Positions 28,915 to 38,275 of a stretch of 64,000 nucleotides of DNA are shown here, one piece after another. Under the pieces are notes generated by a model. The model was not told the DNA's origin, ran no database searches, and saw only the letters and a list, made by a program, of their open reading frames with translations. The stretch lies in assembly GCA_965203905.1 (NCBI GenBank), contig CBDBDQ010000005.1:4224001-4288000 (forward strand), written 5' to 3'. The position numbers and the translations under genes were made by a program. Numbering within the stretch: the first letter of the stretch is position 1; each line of letters opens with the position of its first letter. This DNA is from Spirochaetia bacterium (GTDB lineage: Bacteria; Spirochaetota; Spirochaetia; SZUA-6; Bin103).

Positions 28915-29859
28915 ATGGAAATAACAGGTATGAGTGAGGCCACGGGGATAGCATCAGGAGTAAGGGAGCCAAAGAGACGTGCCGGTCTGGCTGATTTCTT
29001 TATCAGGCTGGTCAAGGAGAAGCCATTGGGTACTGCCAGTGGGATTATCATAATGCTCTTGATTCTTGTCGCTATCTTTGCTGATGTTGTGGCCCCTCAA
29101 TATAATGAACACCACCTCGAAGACATAATGAAGGGCCCGTCAGCCCGGTATCTCCTGGGCACCGACCACTATGGGCGAGACTTCTTGGGCCGCCTAATCC
29201 ACGGGGCTCGCATTTCGTTACTTGTCGGTCTGGCCGCGACCGCTCTCAATGTTGTGGTCGCTACCCTGATAGGCGGCACTTCCGGATTCCTTGGTGGTAA
29301 ATTGGACATCGCTGTGCAGAGATTTGTCGATGCCTGGATGGCTTTCCCGGGACTGCTCCTGTTGTTGACCATAATGTCCATAGTGGGGCGGGGCATACCA
29401 CAGATAATACTGGTCCTGGGAATATCAGGAGGGATCGGCGGCTCAAGATTGGTCAGAGGTGCCGTTATCGGCATTAAAGAGAGTGTTTATTTTCAGGCGG
29501 CGGAGGCGATTGGCTCCTCAAAATGGAGAACACTTATCCGACGCGTGCTGCCCAATATCATGCCTGTCATAATTATCATATTCAGCATAAGCATAGGGGG
29601 CGTGATCCTCTCTGTGGCTTCTCTGAGCTTCCTCGGATACGGTCTGCCGATCGACGTTCCTGACTGGGGAGGTATGCTTAGCCGGGAAGGGCGTAGGTAC
29701 ATGGAGTTGGCCCCAAGGCTGGCTCTCTTGCCTGGTCTTTGCCTGACTATTACCGTTTACTGTCTAAACATGTTCGGCGACGCGGTGCGGGACCTCGTTG
29801 ATCCAAGGCTAAGGGGTGCTGTCGGACGTTTCGGCGCTGACAGCGCCACGTCGCTTTAG
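28915..29859 (+). CDS. ABC transporter permease (DppC-like)
   Basis: LLGTDHYGRD, SLSFLGYG, WGGML, GDAVRDLVDP. Confidence 0.92.
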   Translation: MEITGMSEATGIASGVREPKRRAGLADFFIRLVKEKPLGTASGIIIMLLILVAIFADVVAPQYNEHHLEDIMKGPSARYLLGTDHYGRDFLGRLIHGARISLLVGLAATALNVVVATLIGGTSGFLGGKLDIAVQRFVDAWMAFPGLLLLLTIMSIVGRGIPQIILVLGISGGIGGSRLVRGAVIGIKESVYFQAAEAIGSSKWRTLIRRVLPNIMPVIIIIFSISIGGVILSVASLSFLGYGLPIDVPDWGGMLSREGRRYMELAPRLALLPGLCLTITVYCLNMFGDAVRDLVDPRLRGAVGRFGADSATSL

Positions 29860-29962
29860 GGCCGGCGCAAATATAAATCCACGTAGATAGACGTAATCAA
29901 GCCGTTATCGGTACGCTGGATGGCGGTATGGACGCGGTAGGACGGTTTGTTGTGGCGTTTCT

Positions 29963-30193
29963 GGCTACTACACTCTTGATGAACTCATCGACTTCGGCCA
30001 ACACGGGCTGTGGTCGTTCCACGACGTGCGGTTCTCGGCCGCCGGTACCCTGCTGGCCACCACCACAGCGGTGGTCAGCGCTGCGCCAGCGGGACAGTTC
30101 AGCGAGGAGTTGGACAACCTGCTGCACGTCGGTATTCAGGATGCCTGCGCAAGCTCGTCCAGCAGCGCAAGCTGACGCGCCAGAAGGTTGGCG
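29963..30193 (+). pseudogene. Frameshifted fragment of a hypothetical protein resembling the accessory ORF of ISAzo13-like elements
   Basis: GYYTLDELIDFGQHGLWSFHDVRFSAAGTLLAT...ELDNLLHV, frameshift, then LRKLV; family assignment from memory. Confidence 0.45.
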
Positions 30194-30295
30194 GGCTATA
30201 ACGGGGAGATATCGCTCGGCATGCAGGGCCAGTTCTTGACGCTGACGGCCCGCGTCTGGATCGATCAGGATCTGAAGCGGGAGATGGGATTCTGA
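30194..30295 (+). pseudogene. 3' remnant of the SBP gene (copy of 20997-21098)
   Basis: Direct sequence match ending at the same TGA. Confidence 0.85.
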
Positions 30296-30365
30296 TTTAG
30301 CTGTTGGCACATGACGAAGTGGGATGGCGGCGCAGGCCGCCGTCCCACACCCGAGCCCGCCTGCA

Positions 30366-31331
30366 ATGCGAACCTACATCATCCGCCGCGTCCTGCTGCT
30401 GATTCCGACGTTCCTGCTGCTGACGGTCCTGGTGTTTCTCTCGGTGCGCTTCCTGCCCGGCGACGTCGTCGACGCCATGATGGACCGGCTGTCGAGGCGC
30501 GAAGGCGGGATGGAGCACTTCGACCGCGAGCGGGTCGAGCGCATGCTCGGGCTCGATGTGCCGGCGCCGGTGCAGTACGTACGCTGGCTGGGCGGCATCT
30601 TCCTGCACGGCACCCTGGGCGAGTCACTCCTTGGCGGAGTTGCGGTCGAAGAAAAGATCATCGGCCGGCTGGCGATCACCGTCGAGTTGGGCGTGCTGTC
30701 CATCCTCATCGGCCTGGTGATCGCGGTGCCGGTGGGCATCTACTCGGCGGTGCGGCAGGACACCGCGGGCGACTACGCCGGCCGTTCCATCGCCATCATC
30801 GGCCTGGCCACGCCCAACTTCTGGCTCGCCACCCTGGTGCTGACCTTTCCCGCAATCTGGTGGGCGTGGGCGCCGCCGCTGCGCATGGTGGCGTTCGCCG
30901 ACGATCCGCTGCGCAACCTCGGTCACCTGTTCATTCCCAGCCTCATACTGGGCACCTACCTGTCGGCCACCGTGATGCGCATGACGCGCACCATGATGCT
31001 GGAGGTGCTGCGCCAGGACTTCATCCGCACCGCCTGGGCGAAGGGACTGCGGGAGCGGGTGATCATCCTGCGGCACGTGATCAAGAACGCGCTGATCCCG
31101 GTGGTGACGCTGATCGGGCTGCAGTTGCCGATCCTGGTCGGCGGCTCGGTGATCATGGAGAACATGTTCGCGCTGCCGGGTCTTGGGCGGCTGATGCTGG
31201 AGGCGCTCACCGCGCGCGACTACCCGGTGGTGTCGGGCGTCAACCTGTTCTTCGCGACCGCGGTGATGACGATCAACCTGTTGATCGACATCCTGTACGG
31301 CTACCTGGACCCGCGGGTGCAGTACCGTTAG
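30366..31331 (+). CDS. ABC transporter permease (DppB-like), near-identical paralog of 21169
   Basis: Only a handful of aa differences from 21169..22134. Confidence 0.92.
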   Translation: MRTYIIRRVLLLIPTFLLLTVLVFLSVRFLPGDVVDAMMDRLSRREGGMEHFDRERVERMLGLDVPAPVQYVRWLGGIFLHGTLGESLLGGVAVEEKIIGRLAITVELGVLSILIGLVIAVPVGIYSAVRQDTAGDYAGRSIAIIGLATPNFWLATLVLTFPAIWWAWAPPLRMVAFADDPLRNLGHLFIPSLILGTYLSATVMRMTRTMMLEVLRQDFIRTAWAKGLRERVIILRHVIKNALIPVVTLIGLQLPILVGGSVIMENMFALPGLGRLMLEALTARDYPVVSGVNLFFATAVMTINLLIDILYGYLDPRVQYR

Positions 31332-31410
31332 GAGGCTGGCGCGTGCGACAGACTCCTGACGAACGGTGGGGAAGGGCCGAAAGCGGCGCCGTGGCGCCGC
31401 TTTCGGGGCG

Positions 31411-32370
31411 ATGAACCAGTCCAAACCCCGGCCCTTCCTGCTCGACCTGGTGCGGCGGCTGGCGGCGGAGCGGCCGCTGGGGGCGGCGAGCGCGGTGGTC
31501 GTCCTGCTGCTGGTGGTGATCGCCATCTTCGCCGACCTCCTGGCACCCTTTCCGTTCGCCGAGATGCACCTGATCGACCGGCTCAGCGGCCCGTCGGCCA
31601 CCTACCTGCCGGGCACGGACCAGCTCGGCCGCGACGTGTTGAGCCGGCTGGTGTACGGCGCCCGCACCTCGCTCGGGGTGGGCTTTGCCGCCACCATACT
31701 GAGCACACTGGTGGCGCTGCTGGTGGGCGGCGTGGCCGGCTTCGTGGGCGGCAAGCTGGACATGTTGCTGCAGCGCGGCGTCGACGCCTGGATGTCGTTC
31801 CCCGGCCTGTTGCTGCTGCTGACCATCATGACCGTGGTGGGGCAGGGCATCCCGCAGATCATCGTGGTGCTCGGGGTGACCTCCGGCATCGGCAACTCGC
31901 GGGTGATCCGCAGCGCGGTGATCGGCATCAAGGAGAACGCCTACTTCGAGAGCGCGCGCGCCATCGGCGGCACCGCGTGGCACACGCTGCGGCGCCACGT
32001 GTGGCCGAACATCACGGCGCCGGTGCTCGTGACGTTCTCGATCACCATCGGCGGCATCATCATCGCGGAGGCCAGCCTGAGCTTCCTGGGGTTCGGGCTG
32101 CCGACCACGGTGCCGAGCTGGGGCGGCATGCTGAGCCGGGAGGGGCGCCAGTTCATGGAGATGGCGCCGCGGCTGGCGATGTGGCCGGGGGTGGCGCTGA
32201 CGGTGGTGGTGTACTGCCTGAACATATTCGGCGACGCGGTGCGCGACCTGCTCGACCCGCGGCTGCGCGGCAGCGGCGGCAGCGCCGCCGGCCTCGGCAG
32301 CGGCGGCATGAGCGCCCGCGCCATCGAAGGCGCCCGCCGCGCCCTGCAGAAGGCCGACCGCTCCACCTGA
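31411..32370 (+). CDS. ABC transporter permease (DppC-like), paralog of 22229
   Basis: GTDQLGRD, EASLSFLGFG, GDAVRDLLDP. Confidence 0.9.
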   Translation: MNQSKPRPFLLDLVRRLAAERPLGAASAVVVLLLVVIAIFADLLAPFPFAEMHLIDRLSGPSATYLPGTDQLGRDVLSRLVYGARTSLGVGFAATILSTLVALLVGGVAGFVGGKLDMLLQRGVDAWMSFPGLLLLLTIMTVVGQGIPQIIVVLGVTSGIGNSRVIRSAVIGIKENAYFESARAIGGTAWHTLRRHVWPNITAPVLVTFSITIGGIIIAEASLSFLGFGLPTTVPSWGGMLSREGRQFMEMAPRLAMWPGVALTVVVYCLNIFGDAVRDLLDPRLRGSGGSAAGLGSGGMSARAIEGARRALQKADRST

Positions 32371-32444
32371 CCCGGCGCCAGGTATCCGGCACGCTGCCAG
32401 CGGCGCGCCGGACGCTACTTCTTTGTCCGGCTGCGCGGGCGAGG

Positions 32445-33443
32445 TCAGCCGCGCTGGTCGCGTAATCGCCGGAGCGCGGCCAGGAAATCCGCCTCATCCG
32501 CGCAGCCCAGTGCCGCCGTCAGCAGCGCCTCCTCGGACGCCGCGGCAAATGCCTCCGTAGTGGTGTCGAACGTCGCCGACACTTCGATGCCCCGTGACCG
32601 CAGAATCTGACGGACCATCTGCGCGCGGCCTTCCGCGCGGGCTTCGGCGCGACCTTCCGCACGACCATGCTCGAACCCCTGGCGCCGCTGCGCTCGCAAC
32701 AGCAGGTCGTCGTCCGGGCCGGTTCCTTCGCGCGCGCCGAGCGCCGCGGCAACCCGCTGCAACGCCGCGCTGGTGCGCGCCGACAATACCGGCTCGTTCA
32801 GCGCCACGTGAATCTCTTCCGCCCGCCAGCCGGGAAACGCCCGGCTTTCGGCCGCAACCCGGAACCGACCGTGCTCCAGCAGGTGAATCGTCAGTCCCGG
32901 GCGGCGCCGGTGGGGCCGGCTCGGTGACGGCGTGTCCGGCACCTCCACCCACACCTCCGGGAAGCCCCACGACTCGTACCGATCGAGCTTGCCGCGGTGG
33001 ACGTCGGTGGTGTGATCCACTTCCAGCACCACGTCGGGAAAGTCATCCTCGCCCACCACCATGGCCGCGGGCCCCGGCCTGGCCCGCGCCGGATGCAGGT
33101 ACACCGACTCGTCCGCCTGCATGATGCGCCGCGGCTCCCCCTCGGAGTCGCGCAGCAGCAGGTCCATCGAGCCGTAGCATTCGATCGGCGACCCGCGCAC
33201 GCCGGCAATCCGCTCGGCCAAGCGCGTCAGCAGACGCGATGGCCGCTCGTGATAGGGAGTGGTCGGATCGCAGATCCACGCGGTCTCGGTGCCCGCATCC
33301 CAATACTCGAGCCGCCCCTCGAAGCGATCGATCTCGGTGCGCGGCAGGCGAACGGGCTTGCAGCCGGGGAACGCGGGCGACTTGGCACGCCGGGATTGCG
33401 CTCCCTCACGCAGCCCGGTTGCCGGTGCTTCGGTGCTGGCCAT
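32445..33443 (-). CDS. Uma2 family (DUF820, PD-(D/E)XK fold) endonuclease-like protein
   Basis: MQADES.Y, PDVVLEVD, KLDRYESWGFPEVWV; GRAEGRAE tail. Confidence 0.8.
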   Translation of the reverse strand: MASTEAPATGLREGAQSRRAKSPAFPGCKPVRLPRTEIDRFEGRLEYWDAGTETAWICDPTTPYHERPSRLLTRLAERIAGVRGSPIECYGSMDLLLRDSEGEPRRIMQADESVYLHPARARPGPAAMVVGEDDFPDVVLEVDHTTDVHRGKLDRYESWGFPEVWVEVPDTPSPSRPHRRRPGLTIHLLEHGRFRVAAESRAFPGWRAEEIHVALNEPVLSARTSAALQRVAAALGAREGTGPDDDLLLRAQRRQGFEHGRAEGRAEARAEGRAQMVRQILRSRGIEVSATFDTTTEAFAAASEEALLTAALGCADEADFLAALRRLRDQRG

Positions 33444-33519
33444 GGCGCCAGCGTAGCCCACCTCTCGCGGGCATGCAAACCGAACGTTCCAGATCCGCAG
33501 CTTACCGTAGCACTCGAAC

Positions 33520-33585
33520 GGCGTTCGTCCGCCATGCGGTGCCCCGGTTCAGAGTTGCTCCTCGATCCACTTGCCATCGTGCGCG
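33520..33585 (-). repeat. Copy of the 3' end and downstream DNA of the clan AA protease gene (18483-18548)
   Basis: ggcgttcgtccgccatgcggtgccccggttcagagttgctcctcgatccac shared. Confidence 0.85.
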
Positions 33586-33664
33586 CCTATAGTCGCCAGG
33601 TATGGTCGCTGTGGTACGGCCTGGCGCTGTTGGCGGGGCATGCTCCCACGCGTATCATGGTGGC

Positions 33665-34051
33665 ATGGGTGCGTTCATGGTCGAGTGTAAGCTGCGGGAT
33701 GTCGCCCAGAGCGGTCCTGAGAAGACGATCGCCGCGGTGCTGGTGGACACCGGTTCGGAGTACACTTGGCTTCCGGAGGACGTTCTCCTGGCGGCGGGTG
33801 TCACAGTCGCTAAGAAGGACCTCGCGTTCGTGATGGCCAACGGCATGACCATCACGCGAGATGTTGGTTATGCCTTCCTTTCCAGTGGGGAGTTCGAGAC
33901 GGTGGACGAGGTTGTGTTCGCCCGCTCGGAAGATCTGAGTTTGCTCGGCGCCAGAACGCTGGAGGGATTCGCCGCGCGGGTGGATTCGCGCGAGAAGCGT
34001 TTGGTCGCCGCAGGGCCGATTCCTGTCGCAGGTACTGTCGCGGTCCACTGA
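33665..34051 (+). CDS. Clan AA aspartic protease (second, distinct subfamily)
   Basis: VLVDTGSEYTWLP; LLGARTLEGF. Confidence 0.85.
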   Translation: MGAFMVECKLRDVAQSGPEKTIAAVLVDTGSEYTWLPEDVLLAAGVTVAKKDLAFVMANGMTITRDVGYAFLSSGEFETVDEVVFARSEDLSLLGARTLEGFAARVDSREKRLVAAGPIPVAGTVAVH

Positions 34052-34145
34052 CTCCACCGTGGGACGACACAAGTGTCGCGGGGCGTGGTTTGCCGCCGCC
34101 GTCGCATCCAGCGCGGGTAGAGGTCGCGAGACACGACGGCCGACG

Positions 34146-34895
34146 TCCGCCTCATTCGTGCAGCCCAGCGCCGCCGTCAGCAGCGCCTCCTCGGACGCCG
34201 CGGCAAACGCCTCCGGAGCGGTGTCGAACGTCGCCGACACTTCGATGCCCCGTGACCGCAGAATCTGGCGGACCATCTGCGTGCGGGCTTCCGCGCGACC
34301 CTCTGCGTGGCCTTCCGCACGACCTGCCGCGTGGCCATGCTCGAACCCCTGGCGCCGCTGCGCTCGCAACAGCAGGTCGTCGTCCGGGCCGGTGCCTTCG
34401 CGCGCGCCGAGCGCCGCGGCAACACGCTGCAACGCCGCGCTGGTGCGCTCCGACAGTACCGGCTCGTTCAGCGCCACATGGATCTCTTCCGCCCGCCATC
34501 CGGGAAACGCCCGGCTCTCGGCCGCAACCCGGAACCGACCGTGCTCCAGCAGGTGAATCGTCAGTCCCGGGCGGCGCCGGTGGGGCCGGCTCGGTGACAG
34601 CGTGTCCGGCACCTCCACCCACACCTCCGGGAAGCCCCACGACTCGTACCGATCGAGCTTGCCGCGGTGGACGTCGGTGGTGTGATCCACTTCCAGCACC
34701 ACGTCGGGAAAGTCATCCTCGCCCACCACCATGGCCGCCGGCCCCGGCTTGGCCCGCCCGGGATGCAGGTACACCGACTCGTCGGCCTGCATGATGCGCT
34801 GCGGCTCCCCTCGGAGTCGCGCAGCAGCCGGTCCATCGAGCCGTAGCACTCGATCGGCGACCCGCGCACTCCGGCGATCTGCCCGGCCAAGGGCG
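34146..34895 (-). pseudogene. Truncated, frameshifted second copy of the Uma2 gene
   Basis: Highly similar to 32488-33230; 5' end and last codons missing; frameshift near 34810. Confidence 0.85.
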
Positions 34896-34911
34896 TCAGA
34901 AGACGAGGGGT

Positions 34912-35005
34912 CCCGGTTCAGAGTTGCTCCTCGATCCACCTGCCATCGTGCTCGATGATGCCGCTCTCAGCCCGGATTTCATCCGCTCGATTGACCAACG
35001 TGATT
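34912..35005 (-). pseudogene. Internally deleted remnant of the clan AA protease gene
   Basis: Matches 18505-18546 joined directly to 18831-18885. Confidence 0.85.
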
Positions 35006-35033
35006 GACAGGCCTGAGCATCCTGGATTAGTAT
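35004..35033 (+). promoter_or_regulatory. Putative sigma70 promoter of SBP leader D
   Basis: TTGACA-18 nt-TAGTAT. Confidence 0.5.
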
Positions 35034-35454
35034 GATTCTCGGCGTCAGGGCAGTTTCAATGCGTGTGACCGGCAATGACAACAGACGTCGACAGCAGACA
35101 TCACCCCCTACCTCGGGCGACGCACGGCAGCGCGCTCGCCATTCCCGCGAAAACACTCACCTGAGGCTCAGTACCCACCGGAGGCGCACGTCTCAGCGTA
35201 GCACCAGGAAGGACCTGCCCGCAGCCCGCAGGAGGTGCGTCATGATTCTCAGGACCGCCCACGACTGAATGGACTGAGCCCGGTTGCCCCGGTGCACTGC
35301 GCGGGAGGCGCGTGAGAGGAGGCATGCGCGCACCCGCACGAGAGGAGCACCGACCGGCGACTCACCGGCGCTGGCAGCAAGCCGGCGCTGCATCCTCTCC
35401 TGGAATCGAGCAATCGAGATCGTCGATCGGACAACGCAGAGTCAGGAGGTAGTG

Positions 35455-37257
35455 ATGATGAATCGCTACAAGTGGACGAGTATCCTCGTCGTCGTCCTTA
35501 TGGCCCCCACCACAGTGCTGTGGGCAAGCGGAGAGGTAGAAGGGGCAGCCGCTGCACCGCGCGAGATGGTGGTAAACTGGCTAGGTGAATCTGTAGAAAA
35601 GCCGGAGCATGGTGGCGTGCTCAATATAGCTACCGCGTTTACCGCCGTTGACTCCTGGGATCAGTGGCGCTATCACCAGACCGGAACTCCCTTTACCGCC
35701 GGCGTTTACCAGGCGCTCGGAGCGATAGACATCAGAACTCCCATCGAAGATAATCAGTTCCAAACCTCAATGTTCACCTGGGACCAGTGGTACGGGATTG
35801 TCGCCGAGAGCTGGGAGCAGACTGATCCCTTGACCATCACCGTCAACGTCAGGCAGGGCATAAAGTGGCAGAACAAAGCACCGATGAATGGCAGGGAACT
35901 GACTGCCGATGATGTCGTCTTTACCCTGCACCGGCAGTATGGTCTGGGCAGTGGCTACACCGAAAAGAGCCCGTACCTCGGGGACCCTCATGTCGAGTGG
36001 CTTGCCGGTTCTACGGTAACCGCACTCGACCGCTACACGGTCCAGGTCGTCACCGATGTCCCGCGGCCGTTCCTGGCATTCGCCATGATGTGCTTTGGCT
36101 GCGGCCTGGTTATCCAGCCGATGGAAGTGATCCAGGAACACGGCGACCTCGAGGATTGGCGCAACGCGGTGGGCACCGGTGCCTGGATGCTGGAGGACTA
36201 CGTGCCGGGTTCCCTGGTGCAGTACTCACGGAATCCCGACTACTGGGAGAATGATCCGCGCTATCCGGGAGAGAATCTGCAGTTGCCGTATGCCGATCAG
36301 CTCAATTACCTGATGTTACCCGACGAATCCACCCGTTTGGCGGCATTGCGGACGGGCAAAATCGCCCAAGCTGGCGGGCAACAGCAGAATATCGACTGGC
36401 GGACGGCAGAAGGTCTCCAGAGCACCAACCCCGAGCTCAACTTTCTCGAGGTTGCCGGGTCGGGCGGAAACGCCTGGGGGTTCAGCATCCGGGTCGACCG
36501 GGAGCCGTTCGACGACATCCGCGTGCGACAAGCCATAGCGATGGCCGTGAATACGCAGGAGATAACGGAAGACTACTACGGCGGCAACGCGGAAGAGTAT
36601 CCGTACCCCGCGCTCTCGCTGTCATGGCCGAAACAGTACATCAAGCCGATTTCACACTTCTCACCGGAGGTTCAGGAGACGTTCGGCTATAACCCCGAGA
36701 AGGCCAAGGCGCTGCTGGCGGAGGCTGGTTATGCCGACGGCTTCAAGACCGACATGCCGATCTCGGCGATCATGGACCTGGAGCTGTATGAACTGGCGGT
36801 CAGCTACCTGGCCGCGGTCGGCATCGAAGTCGATATCCGGGTCATGGAGCACGGGGTCTACAAGGACATCGAGTATGCCGGCGAATACGACGGAATGTTC
36901 TCTCAATATGATCCGATGTCGAATCTGCCGCCGTATCACGTCCTGGCCTGGTATCAGACTGACATCGGGTGGAACGCGAGTCGCGTGAGTGACCCGGAGT
37001 ACGAGCGCCTGCGTGAGGCGGTACTGCAGGAACCCGATCCCGAGAAGCAGAACGAGATGTTCCACCGGTTGTACGAGATGCCGTACGAGTATACCTGGAT
37101 CATTCCGTTTGCCTTGGCAAAGGAGTTCGTGTTCTGGCAGCCATGGCTCAAGGGCTTCCGCGGGGAGGAGAAAACCCACGGCTGTGACCAGAAGTTGAAT
37201 GCCATGAAGTACGCCTGGATCGACCAGAGTCTGCAGAGCGAGATGGGACACTCGTAG
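35455..37257 (+). CDS. ABC transporter family-5 substrate-binding protein
   Basis: GGAGG RBS, signal peptide (LWASG), PEHGG, AESWE, GTGAW, QLPYAD. Confidence 0.92.
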   Translation: MMNRYKWTSILVVVLMAPTTVLWASGEVEGAAAAPREMVVNWLGESVEKPEHGGVLNIATAFTAVDSWDQWRYHQTGTPFTAGVYQALGAIDIRTPIEDNQFQTSMFTWDQWYGIVAESWEQTDPLTITVNVRQGIKWQNKAPMNGRELTADDVVFTLHRQYGLGSGYTEKSPYLGDPHVEWLAGSTVTALDRYTVQVVTDVPRPFLAFAMMCFGCGLVIQPMEVIQEHGDLEDWRNAVGTGAWMLEDYVPGSLVQYSRNPDYWENDPRYPGENLQLPYADQLNYLMLPDESTRLAALRTGKIAQAGGQQQNIDWRTAEGLQSTNPELNFLEVAGSGGNAWGFSIRVDREPFDDIRVRQAIAMAVNTQEITEDYYGGNAEEYPYPALSLSWPKQYIKPISHFSPEVQETFGYNPEKAKALLAEAGYADGFKTDMPISAIMDLELYELAVSYLAAVGIEVDIRVMEHGVYKDIEYAGEYDGMFSQYDPMSNLPPYHVLAWYQTDIGWNASRVSDPEYERLREAVLQEPDPEKQNEMFHRLYEMPYEYTWIIPFALAKEFVFWQPWLKGFRGEEKTHGCDQKLNAMKYAWIDQSLQSEMGHS

Positions 37258-37283
37258 TTGCCAGACGTACACGTATGAAATGA

Positions 37284-37311
37284 GGGTCTGCTGGCGCACG
37301 TCAGCAGGCCC
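37284..37311. terminator. Hairpin between the convergent SBP and permease genes
   Basis: gggtctgctg-gcgcacgt-cagcaggccc followed by gtttacttt. Confidence 0.6.
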
Positions 37312-37318
37312 GTTTACT

Positions 37319-38275
37319 TTAGCGCCCCGACGGAACTCCCGTTTTCTTCGTCTCCATGCGGTTATAGCTTCCTGTGCCGCCTCTCAGTCTGGGGTCCAAC
37401 AGATCCCGCACCGCATCTCCGAACATGTTGGTCGCGTAGATGACGGCGCCCAGGGCAAGGCCGGGCCAGAACGCCAGGCCGGGGGCGATGAACAGGTACT
37501 TGCGAGCGGTTCCACTGAGCATGCCGCCCCAACTCGGCTCGGGCGGCGGGACGCCGAATCCGAGAAAGCTCAACGTCGCTTCCAGCAGGATTACACTCCC
37601 CATTCTGATGGAAACGATGATCAGCACGGCGGGCATGATATTGGGCAGAATGTGGCGCGCAAAGATCCGCCAGATCCGGGATCCAATAGCGTCCGCGGCC
37701 TGCACGTACACCTCTTCCTTGATGCCGAGCACGGCACTTCTGATGACCCGCGACGTGGTGATCCCCATGTGCAACCCAACGATGACTATTACCTGCAACA
37801 TGCCCGGTCCAACGATCGACATTATGGTGATCAGAATCAGGATGTCGGGAAAGCACATCCACGCGTCAACCAGCCGCTGCATGAAAATGTCGTACTTGCC
37901 GCCGAGAAACGCGCTTGGGATACCGATCAGCAGCGAGACCACGACGGACAGGAGCGTGGCAAACACGCCTACGATCATGGACACGCGAGCGCCGTAGATG
38001 ACCCGGCTGAGCAGGTCTCGTCCCAACGTATCGGTGCCCAGAAGGTACTCCGCTGACGGTGGTTTGAGCCGGTCCGCCGGGTGAGGTTCGTTGACGCCGT
38101 CCGGTGCCAGGACAGGGGCAAAAATGCCGGTCGCAAAGAACACGAGGACGACGACACCCCCCAGCGCACCCAGGGGTTTTTCTCTGATCAACCTGATGGC
38201 GAACTCGGCCAGTGGCCGGCGTCTCCTCGGCTCCGTCGCGGCCGCGGCCGACGCCTGTTCCGGAGCGCTACTCAC
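37319..38275 (-). CDS. ABC transporter permease (DppC-like)
   Basis: LLGTDTLGRD, EATLSFLGFG, GDAVRDLLDP. Confidence 0.92.
   Translation of the reverse strand: MSSAPEQASAAAATEPRRRRPLAEFAIRLIREKPLGALGGVVVLVFFATGIFAPVLAPDGVNEPHPADRLKPPSAEYLLGTDTLGRDLLSRVIYGARVSMIVGVFATLLSVVVSLLIGIPSAFLGGKYDIFMQRLVDAWMCFPDILILITIMSIVGPGMLQVIVIVGLHMGITTSRVIRSAVLGIKEEVYVQAADAIGSRIWRIFARHILPNIMPAVLIIVSIRMGSVILLEATLSFLGFGVPPPEPSWGGMLSGTARKYLFIAPGLAFWPGLALGAVIYATNMFGDAVRDLLDPRLRGGTGSYNRMETKKTGVPSGR

Noticed and set aside
33587-34939. 450-aa Uma2 ORF with a novel C-terminal domain
   Set aside because: Truncated Uma2 copy reading through antisense to the protease gene at 33665-34051.
35160-35280. Glycine riboswitch (ctcagg motif) in leader D
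   Set aside because: The GGAGA...CCGAAG core is not found in the right arrangement. Known SAM, TPP, FMN, cobalamin and T-box consensus motifs were likewise not recognised in leaders A-C.
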